A stretch of 64,000 nucleotides of DNA from a virus. Below are positions 28,201 to 37,430 of the stretch, piece by piece; position 1 is the first letter of the stretch; each line of letters opens with the position of its first letter. The translations under genes were made by a program, and so were the position numbers. Location: positions 3,278-67,277 of the IMG/VR virus record IMGVR_UViG_3300003690_000011; one strand, 5' to 3'. The notes beneath the pieces were generated by a model. It was not told the DNA's origin. It worked only from the letters and a program-made list of their open reading frames with translations, and searched no databases.

Positions 28201-28979
28201 GTTGTCTCATTCTCATAAGGATCTAGCCCAAATGTGTAGAGGGTGGCAGGCGTAGGCATAAATTCTGTTTTCGTATTTCTGACGGAGACAGTTAGAGGAG
28301 ATCTGCGATTATAAGAATCAGGGTACAGGAAAGTATAAACTGAAGATAAACGAGATACGGTATCATCAACCCCATCAACATCACTATCTTGTAAAACCCT
28401 AGTAGAAATATGTACTGCCGACGTACAAACATAGTCGCTATTACCTGAAAAGAGAGTAGCACTCAAATCAGGAGCCAATAAATTAGTAACTAGAGGATAA
28501 TTTTTATCGGACGCAGGCTCATCAACTATTGCCTTAATTTGTCCCGAAGTTGTAAAAATTTTAGAATAAGCTCTATTTATAATTTCAATAGAACCACCCT
28601 CTTCAATTCTAATATTATGTAATTCCAGTTTACCTAGATCTCCAAAGTTACAAACCTCAACGAGAACAGGGAATCTAACTACCTTAGGAATGGCTGCGAG
28701 ACAAGCTGATAGAGTGGTAAATATTGTTGAATCAGCGACTAAAGTATTAGTAGGTGTATTTCCTGATACTGTTAAGGCAAAGCCTGTAATAGAAGAAGTA
28801 GGGAACCCACCCTGCTCCCACATCTCATAAGTTCTCTCCTCTAAATCATAAAGGGGCAGATTATCTTGTTCCCAATTATAGAAAGAACTTGTATCAAATT
28901 TAGCTACATAAGGAGCCCATTGGTTAAATAATTTAACACTTCCACTAGTTGTATAAATATCATGTCTATTAAATGTCAT
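25245..28979 (-). CDS. Putative tailspike with parallel beta-helix (pectin-lyase-like) repeats
   Basis: Repeated G(I/F/M)xLxNSx units (GIEITNS, GFKFNNS, GMRLDNS, GIELNNS, GISLNNS). Confidence 0.65.
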   Translation of the reverse strand: MTFNRHDIYTTSGSVKLFNQWAPYVAKFDTSSFYNWEQDNLPLYDLEERTYEMWEQGGFPTSSITGFALTVSGNTPTNTLVADSTIFTTLSACLAAIPKVVRFPVLVEVCNFGDLGKLELHNIRIEEGGSIEIINRAYSKIFTTSGQIKAIVDEPASDKNYPLVTNLLAPDLSATLFSGNSDYVCTSAVHISTRVLQDSDVDGVDDTVSRLSSVYTFLYPDSYNRRSPLTVSVRNTKTEFMPTPATLYTFGLDPYENETTDASIAAGFDMSAVNPIDDTFVKRLDIAVDTSAGGSTYLNRCSKISVKDCDGPIYIRNFLVDGDNQTGMGAVLLRSPKRTGIEITNSDVLLENCAAIRCKEAGFKFNNSKVVLSRSAFAYRNYELSSSTGRFPDRGIGFHGVNSDISISALLTATTEAGAGEWEGEGRDVILCASRNNLGMRLDNSKLTGGLPRSVLTNSKTGGISTFELNNTFGIELNNSQVDLKGLLDVYGNLDGISLNNSQLVYEDLCVGGNQEKGLLSKNSSVMVDTSGNPGTTGQYRNKQTDFAHNGQHLDLQANSEFSFKKKVHIPTSYGNTAFLFAHGGLRWGETPNTLIPPAIQVDHSKANFLNTFIVPRLQSNFVPNTPHYGLALQANNNSNVEFYGTKNGATFIMGPPGYDYQRYVAGLYASKNSTIGLHGPTFIGQFGVDVLAEDNSVINITPPQLDSTNTIDVSGFDLSDVGNHTSVELHSTRSCLVANKNSTINLRDLGDYAGSWGNSPTGRILLADGTDYIVDADTREILRNGSLQFFPNPQNESAYTGFEMDDLSSTSRNLSYSQFAALGAGGTSPTFDVYTSSNQFAISVKSYYDDNTWEEKMAWMSKGGVCLRATEDSVVNVMNVNFPVGTSTSPMDSVFYSCSGTPCNLLMMWNIADTSRLNAAYCSVSAMYPYDVGYHGPSALWASAEVPGNNPVSPGAGRDIIASGAPSATPDTGVLSVLDTFGAGSGAWLIPSGVGFNEPFGRYYPVSGVDRGDAGTAAALEGILPLALVKRLVDAGIAVSGRGFMGHVDAGIYGAGVVNYDNQGVFRLYFSPKPETKLLYADMSGYINGACALGGHDFYGVAGPVYQIFSQCYNMSAPVSALASPDTTTWGEANATSSNYPNLLKLSYDSRGYGVADQLWTSGFYYCKEFVDDNPTQCMLDESASNLFANAKNASIGMSGRPRKVYLYRSRDSLDAGSEAFEGDASATIGFKSANIFDLKRDN

Positions 28980-28980
28980 T

Positions 28981-29634
28981 TTAGAAATTGAGTGTCCATC
29001 TAAATATTAAACTAAAATCATTAGTTTTGCGTATGTTGCTAAAAGTGCGATAGGCTGCTAAAATAGAAGCAGTAGGGCTCGTATCTCCTCGGGGATTTTT
29101 TACAAATAATCCAATTTCATTTAAGTATGCGTCCTCACCCCCATCATCACGCATACCGTTAGCAGCTTCATCATCAACTACGAGAGTGTATCTTACAGAG
29201 TTGTCCGCTATTCGAGTTACCTTATTAGCAGGAATCATAGCAAAGTCTACATCCGTCGTATCCGTAGTATTAGTTATTTGTGTAGCCCTTTCAATAAAGA
29301 GATTGCTTCCTCCACCATACCCCCCAGGTACACCCCCTTCAACGAGAGGCCCTGACAATTGATATGTAGTACTAGTTTCTAGTATAGTATCCGTTACGCC
29401 TGCGGCTCTTCCTGAAACTCCCAATTGAAATCTATCAATTTGGTAATCTAAAACTGTATCAGATCCAGATGCAGTAAACAAATATGTTAAAGATACGCCC
29501 ATCCCTGATACAATAACATTGTGATCATCGAATAGAATTTCTTCAACACCATCCTTAGATCTTTTAATAATGGTTAAATGCCCATAAATACCGAGTTCTT
29601 CTGTAAAATTTTTCATATAAAATGTAATCTCCAC
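28981..29634 (-). CDS. Baseplate / fibre-attachment protein
   Basis: HNVIV.G...LNEIGLF...AYRTF....K......F.WTL.F pattern typical of fibre-anchor proteins following wedge genes. Confidence 0.65.
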   Translation of the reverse strand: MEITFYMKNFTEELGIYGHLTIIKRSKDGVEEILFDDHNVIVSGMGVSLTYLFTASGSDTVLDYQIDRFQLGVSGRAAGVTDTILETSTTYQLSGPLVEGGVPGGYGGGSNLFIERATQITNTTDTTDVDFAMIPANKVTRIADNSVRYTLVVDDEAANGMRDDGGEDAYLNEIGLFVKNPRGDTSPTASILAAYRTFSNIRKTNDFSLIFRWTLNF

Positions 29635-30773
29635 TTAACTAATAGATCTAGGTGGCTAATCGCACCACCCGGACTGCCGGTATCTAGTATTTGGCATAAA
29701 TTTTGTGAAAACGATTTAGTGGCAAATAGTCTATATCTCCTAGGATTATTTAGAGGATCAAACGCATAAGGAGGAGTATTTCCTGCGAGGAGAGATTTTT
29801 CCATATCAATTGTCCATAATCCCATATTATATATACCCCCATAGAGGTTAGCTGCGCCCATATCCCCCGATCCTATGGTTACTGAATACTCAACCACCCC
29901 AGAATTAGAGTATTGACTAACCCCAGGAAGATTTGTACCACCTGAAATACATAATCCACTCGCAGTACTACTCATTTCATAATGTTCGACCCCCCTAGTT
30001 CCTGGGCATCCTGACATAATCATATTAACAAAACCAGAGGTATCCATAGAACTAGCTTCATTAAATAACCCATTATATACACCTGAATAAACTATATCAG
30101 GATGGTCATACGAATTCGTTCCCGGCGTAAAACCCGAAAAACCAGTTCCTACAAAACCAGCCCAAGATTTTGTACTAGATCCAGCAGCCCAACAACCAAT
30201 TAGAGAAGCCCCTACTGAAGACAACGAGGATAATACAGTACCACTAAACACAGCCTGATGATAAGCTGAAGGAATTAAATTTAAATTTTGTCCATTTCCA
30301 GGGACTAAAGAACTTAAAGCAACCCCACTCACGGAAGCTGAAACATCACTACTTAATTCTAAAGATGTAAGTGTGGGATCAGAATAATGAGGCAAAAGAT
30401 CTATAGGAGAATAGGAACTCGGAGTGGTGACTCCTGGTTTAGGTTGCTGAACTACTGCAATTACCGAACTACTGTGCCCAGCCGCATCAGGGCCAAATGT
30501 AGCAGACAATAATGTAGCTTTATTCTCAGCGTAGGTATGAGCATTTTGCTGATACGCTTTAGCTGCGGTTCCAAAAGAAATAGCTTGAACAGTATAGTTA
30601 GAAGAATCTAATATAGCAGAGGTAGCAGTATCCAAATTATCTACAGCAATAGCTGAGAGAGAGGGAGAAACTGTCATAATATCAGCCAGCAGAACCCCCG
30701 CCCCATTTACAATAAGATTAGACTCTCTATGCAAGAGCTTTCCGTTAGAATATATTTCTACTTCACCCCTCAT
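29613..30773 (-). CDS. Baseplate / fibre-attachment protein paralog
   Basis: G.VEI...NLIVNG N-terminus and RLFA.KSF...VKWRL.F C-terminus, the same framework as the neighbour. Confidence 0.55.
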   Translation of the reverse strand: MRGEVEIYSNGKLLHRESNLIVNGAGVLLADIMTVSPSLSAIAVDNLDTATSAILDSSNYTVQAISFGTAAKAYQQNAHTYAENKATLLSATFGPDAAGHSSSVIAVVQQPKPGVTTPSSYSPIDLLPHYSDPTLTSLELSSDVSASVSGVALSSLVPGNGQNLNLIPSAYHQAVFSGTVLSSLSSVGASLIGCWAAGSSTKSWAGFVGTGFSGFTPGTNSYDHPDIVYSGVYNGLFNEASSMDTSGFVNMIMSGCPGTRGVEHYEMSSTASGLCISGGTNLPGVSQYSNSGVVEYSVTIGSGDMGAANLYGGIYNMGLWTIDMEKSLLAGNTPPYAFDPLNNPRRYRLFATKSFSQNLCQILDTGSPGGAISHLDLLVKWRLHFI

Positions 30774-33700
30774 TTAATTATCCGTCTGTATAAGTGTATA
30801 ACATTGAACCCCAGCCTGAGCTATATATACACCCCATCGTGGATGTAATCTATAATTTAGTCTACTGCCCCCTTTGTTTTCTCCGTTTGTCGGTCCTATG
30901 TCAGCAGCCACAGCATTTCTAGTAACTATATTAGTAGTGTACTCTCCCATCCCCGCAACCCCAGCTAATCCTGTAAAGAAGCGCAAGGTATCTCTTAGTT
31001 GTTCTTTATCAAAATATAACTTATCTTCTGCCTCTTCTGATACAAATGTTCGAAGTGGAATACCGTCAGTCTTAGTTCCTGTACCAGTCCCAATTCCAGC
31101 CCTATCGCGTAGGGTGGAATCTTCTAATGAAATATTATCAATCAAAAGATACTTTGCTGTGACAGGATTTTTAGGAAAATATATTTCAACAACATAATCG
31201 GTATCATCATTATTTACTAGTTCTTTCAACTTATAATATTCTTCTGGGACAGGAATAATATCTAAATATTCATAGTTATTATAGATAGTATAATTTCTTG
31301 TATCGAAATTTACTTCAAAAGTCTCAAAATAATCTTCCTTAATATTATTAAGTGAAACATTATTAATAATATCATCCGATCCCGTAGTAATATTTCCCAA
31401 GCAAATAATTTGAGATTGTGGATCAGGCTGTTTTATTGGAAACTCGAATAAATGTGAGTATGACATTACATGTGCTTTGGAGGTCTGGTGACAATCATGC
31501 ATTACCCACTTTCCCTTAGAAGTAAAGGACCACATTAACCCACTTAAGGCTGCTCCTGTGCTTCCTAAATCACTAGCGAACGTCCTAGGTTTTGTATGAA
31601 TCCATATGCCTACTCTGCCACCCCCCAAAATTGGCGAATTTTCTTCGGCTACTAAAGCTTTAATTTTTAATTTAAATTTATGATCCTTAATAAAGTGATT
31701 ATTATAATCCCTATCTTCTCCATAAGAAGCCAAATCAAATCTAAGACGAGGTAATCCCCCAAAAGTTTTACACTTAATTATCGTATTTCCTATTAGATAA
31801 TTCTCTTCTCCTGCCGCTTTATATTTATTATCAATTCTAAACACGTAAAAAGCATTTCCTGAAGGCGCACCAGAAGTATCACAAAATTCTATACCACTTA
31901 ACAAATGTGGGTTTCTATACTCTGCATTATTAGCGGCTCCTGAAACAAATTCAATACCATCAAGCGGAACTACAGAATCCGTCAGTCCACTAGCAATATA
32001 AGTTCCCGAAGCTGGGAGAATGTCAGTTCCATCACTATACGATGCTACCGCACAGATACTAAAAACACCCGAACCATGATTCTGGCTGATGGCTAATCCC
32101 GTATTAACGCTGGAGGCTACATAATCCCCCGCCATTGTCTCTACCGCAGACCCCTCTAGCTCTAAATCACAATTATATAACCCCTTTCCAAATACGTGAG
32201 CAAATATATTTCCTCCTGTTTTATCTATTTGTGTTAAACCTAAGGGCGTTGGAAAGTATGTTTTATAATCTTTAAATACTTTATGCAGTCCCGTTCCAAA
32301 CTTAAAGTCTCTATAATCTTCAAAAGAATTTAAAACTAATCCACTTGCAATTGCACTATTAGCATAACTTTGAATTTCATTTTTCCAATATGTATTTGCT
32401 GAACTAGTAGTAATATCTTGGTTAGCAGTAAACATAGCCTTATCTTCAAATAATTTATGCATACTTATATAAATAGAAGGTGTTTGTCCTCTATCCACAT
32501 ACCTATCTGTAACTGAAGCAAACTCCTCCCATTTAGCATTTGATCCCATTCCACGAAGTCCCCTATACGGGAAAGTATTACTAGTATCAACCCCTGAAAA
32601 GGTCCTGGAAGATTCCAAATTCTCACAGTAATGCCATACACCCGAAGGATTAATGGGATCTACTATAGGAAAAAATTTATTAGCAGAAGCCACATACCCT
32701 AAAGTTAATTCTCCTAATGAAGAAGGCATTGAATTTTCTAAAGAAGACGCATCCCAACTATTTGGAGCATTAAAAGCAGTTCGATCATAGTATCCCTCCA
32801 TAGGAAGAGCATACCTAAAATTCCTACGTCTTGTCGCTCGCCTTGCTGTGTTTCCAGCCGCTACTTGAGCAAGAGTAAAAGAGGTCTTACTACTTAATAA
32901 ATCATCAAAGATATTATCCACCTCAGATCTAACAAAAGTATTTAATCCTCCTCTCCCATCATTGGTCCCTACACTCCCCATATTAACTCCACTTAACTCA
33001 AAACCACCCAAAAATCCCAGACCTGAGGGGTTAGATTGTGAACCATAAGAACGTAAATTATTAGCACTAGTACTATAACCTAAATAATTCCACGTAGTAG
33101 AGGAATAATCGAATATATCGACCGCACTCGCATTCACATTAACTTTTACTATGGAGTGCGCGGGAGTAAATTGTCTAGCTATCCTTGCGGCTTCGTACAA
33201 CGCAAATTTTGAATCCCCCTCAAAAGAAGTTTTTGCAAAATTAAAATCTATATCGTCAAAATCAAGGAATAAGTGAGAGGACTTCCCATTCCACAACCCT
33301 AAAATATTATTCGACTGCTCCGAAATGTTGAGTAAAACATCATTATAATTAGGGGGAGTTTGGACGGAACTAAAGAACATTAAGAATTCATTTAAACTTC
33401 CTAAATTAGTGTCCGTAGTTATACCTGCACTTACAATAAAGTTTTGTACTGAACTTGCAAAGCTAGGACGTACTCCAAAACATTCTAACCTTTCTCGCAG
33501 ATATGCTACTAGCTGAGGAGTTAGCGAGCAATCGGCATAGTATTTAATTTCTTCAAAAGGTGGGAGAGGACAATTCATACGTCCTCGGTAATTAAAAAAG
33601 AATTCCAAATCTCCTGTAGATGATAAATAAAGAACATCCTGGGGCTCCCCTGGGTGTGCATCTCCCTTCATATAAACGCCGTATCCCAACACCCCACTTG

Positions 33701-35330
33701 AATGTGATGCCTCCCACTCTATTCCCCTCCCTGCCGAATATGCTTGTGCTCTAAAAAATGTATAACTAGGATCTTCAGCTAAATGAGCATGAAATGGTTG
33801 CATACCAAATTCATTTACAACTGTATATAAATCTGTTTTATCCCCAAATTCATTTATATTAAAAAGTTTATTTACGGGGAATTTCTCTCCATGAAAATTA
33901 AAATTATCAGGAAATTTCTTATATAATTCTAACATCAGGGAGTCTGTAACTATCTTTAAGTTTTCTTCCAAACTGCTAGTGTTATAGTAGTACACCCCCG
34001 CGTCAACAGCAAGTCCTGGGGTCCAAGTCTCTAAACTTTTAAAATAAGGAGACTCAGTTCCAAGACTATACCAAATCAGATGAGGAATATATGATTCCCA
34101 CAATTCTTGAATATTACCTGAAACATTCAATACTGAGTCAGTTATTAAATTATTAACAGCAAATTGAACAGCATCTAATGTGCCTTTTCTCTTATAAATA
34201 TTAACAGCTTGTCGTAGTTGTTGCCTCCACTTATCTGTAGAGCCGCCCCATAGTTTCCACCCAATTAAATCAGCTATATAACGCAGATACTCAGGTTTAG
34301 TATTTTCAATGTCATAAATTAAACCGATATTCTCTACTTCATCCGTCAAGTCTGCTAGACTAAACCCCATCGCAGTTTGAAATTTTCTAAGCGGTCCCTT
34401 AGATATACGATCATCTAATTGAGTAGATGCCCCTATGTAATCATCAAATGCATCCTTAACTCGGAAATCCTGCTCATCTATGAATAATGGAGAATAAATT
34501 ACATCAATAAGAGTGAGTAAATTTTCTAACTTTTGTACCCCACTTGTATAAGTGGCTACCACCCCTGCACTAGGAGATAAAATAGCGTCCGCTGCCCCAG
34601 AAATAAAAGAGGTGGGAATCAATCCCAGATTAGAAAATGTGGTACAAGTAGAATAATTTCTCCAGAGAAAATTTTCAAACCCTCTTACTCCATCCCCTGT
34701 ATCTAAACTCCCTCCTAGGTATAGAGAATTTAGAGAACTTAATACATATCCCGAAGGCTCCCAAGCTAACCCCCCATCAGCAGACGTATTTAGAAAGTAA
34801 AACCACCCTAGAGCATCTACCAAGTAATTGTGAACACTACTCCCATCAGAGTTTCCTGTAAAGGATGATAGCTCACTCATGTTTGTCCATAAAGGATCAT
34901 CGGAAGTCCCATCTCCTTGAAACAATCTAATTTTAGGGAGTAGCGTTCCCGATAGATAATCATTAAAAGCACTACTTGTATCAAACTTATTAATAGAAGC
35001 ACTTAAAGGAAGTAAAATCTTTTGATCGAATGTAAACGCATTAATATTAGTTAATTTATTTTGTTTTACAAAGTACTGGGATATCCCAGAGATATTATCT
35101 AGATTTACAGTTTGCGAATCTGCTACAGCCGATATGGAGAGAACAGTAGAAATATTATCAGCAGCAACTAGATTAGTATTTATTATCTCTGAGACTGGGT
35201 TAAGCTCTTTTCCGCTTAAGGTTAAATCCTCTTCCTCATAAATACCAGGGGTTATCAACTCCAGTAATTCTACAAAATTACGTTTAGAGTAAGTTCTAGT
35301 ATTCGGAGTAAAGGGATTTGGATTACTCAT
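30774..35330 (-). CDS. Large baseplate wedge protein (gp7 / P2 gpI-like domain)
   Basis: EYLRYIADLIGW...WRQQLRQAVNIYKRKGT and FTPAH; follows the gp6-like gene. Confidence 0.75.
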   Translation of the reverse strand: MSNPNPFTPNTRTYSKRNFVELLELITPGIYEEEDLTLSGKELNPVSEIINTNLVAADNISTVLSISAVADSQTVNLDNISGISQYFVKQNKLTNINAFTFDQKILLPLSASINKFDTSSAFNDYLSGTLLPKIRLFQGDGTSDDPLWTNMSELSSFTGNSDGSSVHNYLVDALGWFYFLNTSADGGLAWEPSGYVLSSLNSLYLGGSLDTGDGVRGFENFLWRNYSTCTTFSNLGLIPTSFISGAADAILSPSAGVVATYTSGVQKLENLLTLIDVIYSPLFIDEQDFRVKDAFDDYIGASTQLDDRISKGPLRKFQTAMGFSLADLTDEVENIGLIYDIENTKPEYLRYIADLIGWKLWGGSTDKWRQQLRQAVNIYKRKGTLDAVQFAVNNLITDSVLNVSGNIQELWESYIPHLIWYSLGTESPYFKSLETWTPGLAVDAGVYYYNTSSLEENLKIVTDSLMLELYKKFPDNFNFHGEKFPVNKLFNINEFGDKTDLYTVVNEFGMQPFHAHLAEDPSYTFFRAQAYSAGRGIEWEASHSSGVLGYGVYMKGDAHPGEPQDVLYLSSTGDLEFFFNYRGRMNCPLPPFEEIKYYADCSLTPQLVAYLRERLECFGVRPSFASSVQNFIVSAGITTDTNLGSLNEFLMFFSSVQTPPNYNDVLLNISEQSNNILGLWNGKSSHLFLDFDDIDFNFAKTSFEGDSKFALYEAARIARQFTPAHSIVKVNVNASAVDIFDYSSTTWNYLGYSTSANNLRSYGSQSNPSGLGFLGGFELSGVNMGSVGTNDGRGGLNTFVRSEVDNIFDDLLSSKTSFTLAQVAAGNTARRATRRRNFRYALPMEGYYDRTAFNAPNSWDASSLENSMPSSLGELTLGYVASANKFFPIVDPINPSGVWHYCENLESSRTFSGVDTSNTFPYRGLRGMGSNAKWEEFASVTDRYVDRGQTPSIYISMHKLFEDKAMFTANQDITTSSANTYWKNEIQSYANSAIASGLVLNSFEDYRDFKFGTGLHKVFKDYKTYFPTPLGLTQIDKTGGNIFAHVFGKGLYNCDLELEGSAVETMAGDYVASSVNTGLAISQNHGSGVFSICAVASYSDGTDILPASGTYIASGLTDSVVPLDGIEFVSGAANNAEYRNPHLLSGIEFCDTSGAPSGNAFYVFRIDNKYKAAGEENYLIGNTIIKCKTFGGLPRLRFDLASYGEDRDYNNHFIKDHKFKLKIKALVAEENSPILGGGRVGIWIHTKPRTFASDLGSTGAALSGLMWSFTSKGKWVMHDCHQTSKAHVMSYSHLFEFPIKQPDPQSQIICLGNITTGSDDIINNVSLNNIKEDYFETFEVNFDTRNYTIYNNYEYLDIIPVPEEYYKLKELVNNDDTDYVVEIYFPKNPVTAKYLLIDNISLEDSTLRDRAGIGTGTGTKTDGIPLRTFVSEEAEDKLYFDKEQLRDTLRFFTGLAGVAGMGEYTTNIVTRNAVAADIGPTNGENKGGSRLNYRLHPRWGVYIAQAGVQCYTLIQTDN

Positions 35331-36952
35331 TAGTCTAAGAGAGTAATATTGATAGTTAAATTATTCAACTGAATAATCTCATTAAAATCTACCATAATAT
35401 CTTGAGCTATATTATCTATAGTAGAAAATCTAATTTCATCAATTTCAAAAATTTTTCTATTTAACTCAGAAATATATAAAGACTCACCAAAAGATCTATT
35501 CATTACATTCATATATACTAAAATCTTATCCCGTGCTTTAGCAACAATAAGATCTTGTAATGATTCTTCTTCTTTATCAATATAAATTGTTATTACCAAA
35601 TCTAAAGTACGGATTAGTCCGTCCACCACCACAAGTTCATCAGTTGCCATCTTCTTCTTATTGGCATCAGCAAGCAATTGTGTTTTAAAATTGGGTGTAG
35701 CTTTTTGCAGTTGTAGATCGGAAGCTTTTTCTAGAACATAAATATCAATGATGTTGGCAGAGCTATATGCCTTCCTGGTAGCTGCTGTAGCTATCCCTAC
35801 CGTTCCAAATTTACTTATAAACGTATTAGCAAATACGCTATAATCTTCCAAAGTAACCAGTCTATCTTGTCTAGCAAAAGTTAGGGGAGCCCATTTTTTT
35901 GCATGCTCTACTGTTTCAGCGTTTGAACCCCCCGTAGCTACAGAGGTATTAGTTAAAGCTCCAATAACAGGATCTAAGGCTAATCCCGTAATTCCTGTTA
36001 CATTAATATTAATAGTATTAGGATTTATATTTCCCCGTGATCCTCCACCCACTCTATAAGTAATAAAATAAGACGCTGTATCATCGGGAGACGTACCCAC
36101 CGTCCCATCTCCAAAAACTACAGTAGCATCATAATTTGTACCATATACTAGTTCATAGATTTTATCAGAAGCTCCAGATGCAAAATAGATATTATCTACC
36201 TCTTCATACACCCCCGAAACAGCAGAATCAGTTGAAGTAATAAATACTTCAACACTTCCCTCCACGACAGGGGATTGAGATAATTTAACTGTTTTAATTC
36301 CTTCTGTAGCAGCAAACGATCCACCATCAGTAACAAATACTCCCTCCTGAAGTACTAAGTTAGAATAAACTGTGTGGGAAGGGGTACCATCGGGATTATC
36401 ACTCTCCGAATCATATAAAAGAATATTACCTGCGGAATTGGCTTGGGCTACCAGTCCATTAACTACTTTGTATAATGTATAAGTTACAGAACCTCCATCT
36501 TCAGGGGAGGTAATACTTACTGTTCTACTTGCTGGTGCAATATTATAATAAATCTCATTATCTCCTGAGTCTGCGGGAGAACTCTCGAACGTTACCTGGG
36601 CGTCGGCAGCCGCTGATAGGGGTCCGCGCATCCTCACTCCGATTAATTGTAATAATTTTTTAATACTACTCCTCTGCTTGGCCGTAGCAAAGAAATTCTC
36701 ATTAGCTAACATATCCGCTTTCATAGACAGGACCGATCCCATATAAGCCACTTGCTCAATGAACATCATTCCTAAATCTGATTCAACAAAATAAGTATAT
36801 TCGAGGGGATAAACAGCTTTAATATAAGCTATTAACGAATTCCTTAGAGAGATGAAATCAGTGGCAGCGAAATTAATAAGAGAGGGGCGCTTTAATACAG
36901 GGATTTTAGCCAGAGCTAAATAATCCGACGCTATAGTTCCAGAAAAACTCAT
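35330..36952 (-). CDS. gp6: Baseplate wedge protein (T4 gp6-like)
   Basis: DFISLRNSLI, ENFFATA, FGDG..G, YRVGGG.RGN, GG...ET, QDRLVTLEDY. Confidence 0.9.
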   Translation of the reverse strand: MSFSGTIASDYLALAKIPVLKRPSLINFAATDFISLRNSLIAYIKAVYPLEYTYFVESDLGMMFIEQVAYMGSVLSMKADMLANENFFATAKQRSSIKKLLQLIGVRMRGPLSAAADAQVTFESSPADSGDNEIYYNIAPASRTVSITSPEDGGSVTYTLYKVVNGLVAQANSAGNILLYDSESDNPDGTPSHTVYSNLVLQEGVFVTDGGSFAATEGIKTVKLSQSPVVEGSVEVFITSTDSAVSGVYEEVDNIYFASGASDKIYELVYGTNYDATVVFGDGTVGTSPDDTASYFITYRVGGGSRGNINPNTININVTGITGLALDPVIGALTNTSVATGGSNAETVEHAKKWAPLTFARQDRLVTLEDYSVFANTFISKFGTVGIATAATRKAYSSANIIDIYVLEKASDLQLQKATPNFKTQLLADANKKKMATDELVVVDGLIRTLDLVITIYIDKEEESLQDLIVAKARDKILVYMNVMNRSFGESLYISELNRKIFEIDEIRFSTIDNIAQDIMVDFNEIIQLNNLTINITLLD

Positions 36953-37416
36953 GTTATTACCACCTCTACATCAAACATAGTTAGATCCCCCTCTGATATC
37001 TTTATTACTAAACTAACTTTTAAAGAATTCCCTCCTGCGGGTCCTGCGTCCCCATAGGGGATTACAGATATCCTTTGAATTGTTGCTCCTACTATATATC
37101 TATCAAAGGACCAAGCAATTTCTCTTTTAATAGCTTCAAACGTAGATTCTGTTAATGGTTGAAATAAAAATCTTCGGAGATTACATCCAAAACGAGGAAG
37201 CATTATTCGCTCTCCCCGTTCTGTTGATAATAATTGTTTTACTGCTCCTCTAATTAAATCCCTGCCTACTACTTTTTTGAAAAAACCACCGCTATCTCTA
37301 TTCTTTCCTATAGGAAAATTTAGACCATAGGTAACTTTTTGTAATTCAGCACTATTTCTTTCTAGTGGGGGAAAGTAAGTAGTTCCATAAGTGTTTACAG
37401 TTTGATTTGCTCCCAT
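36949..37416 (-). CDS. gp25: Baseplate wedge / sheath initiator (gp25-like)
   Basis: LLSTERGERIMLPRFGCNLRRFLFQP. Confidence 0.9.
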   Translation of the reverse strand: MGANQTVNTYGTTYFPPLERNSAELQKVTYGLNFPIGKNRDSGGFFKKVVGRDLIRGAVKQLLSTERGERIMLPRFGCNLRRFLFQPLTESTFEAIKREIAWSFDRYIVGATIQRISVIPYGDAGPAGGNSLKVSLVIKISEGDLTMFDVEVVIT

Positions 37417-37430
37417 TTATTTATTCTCCT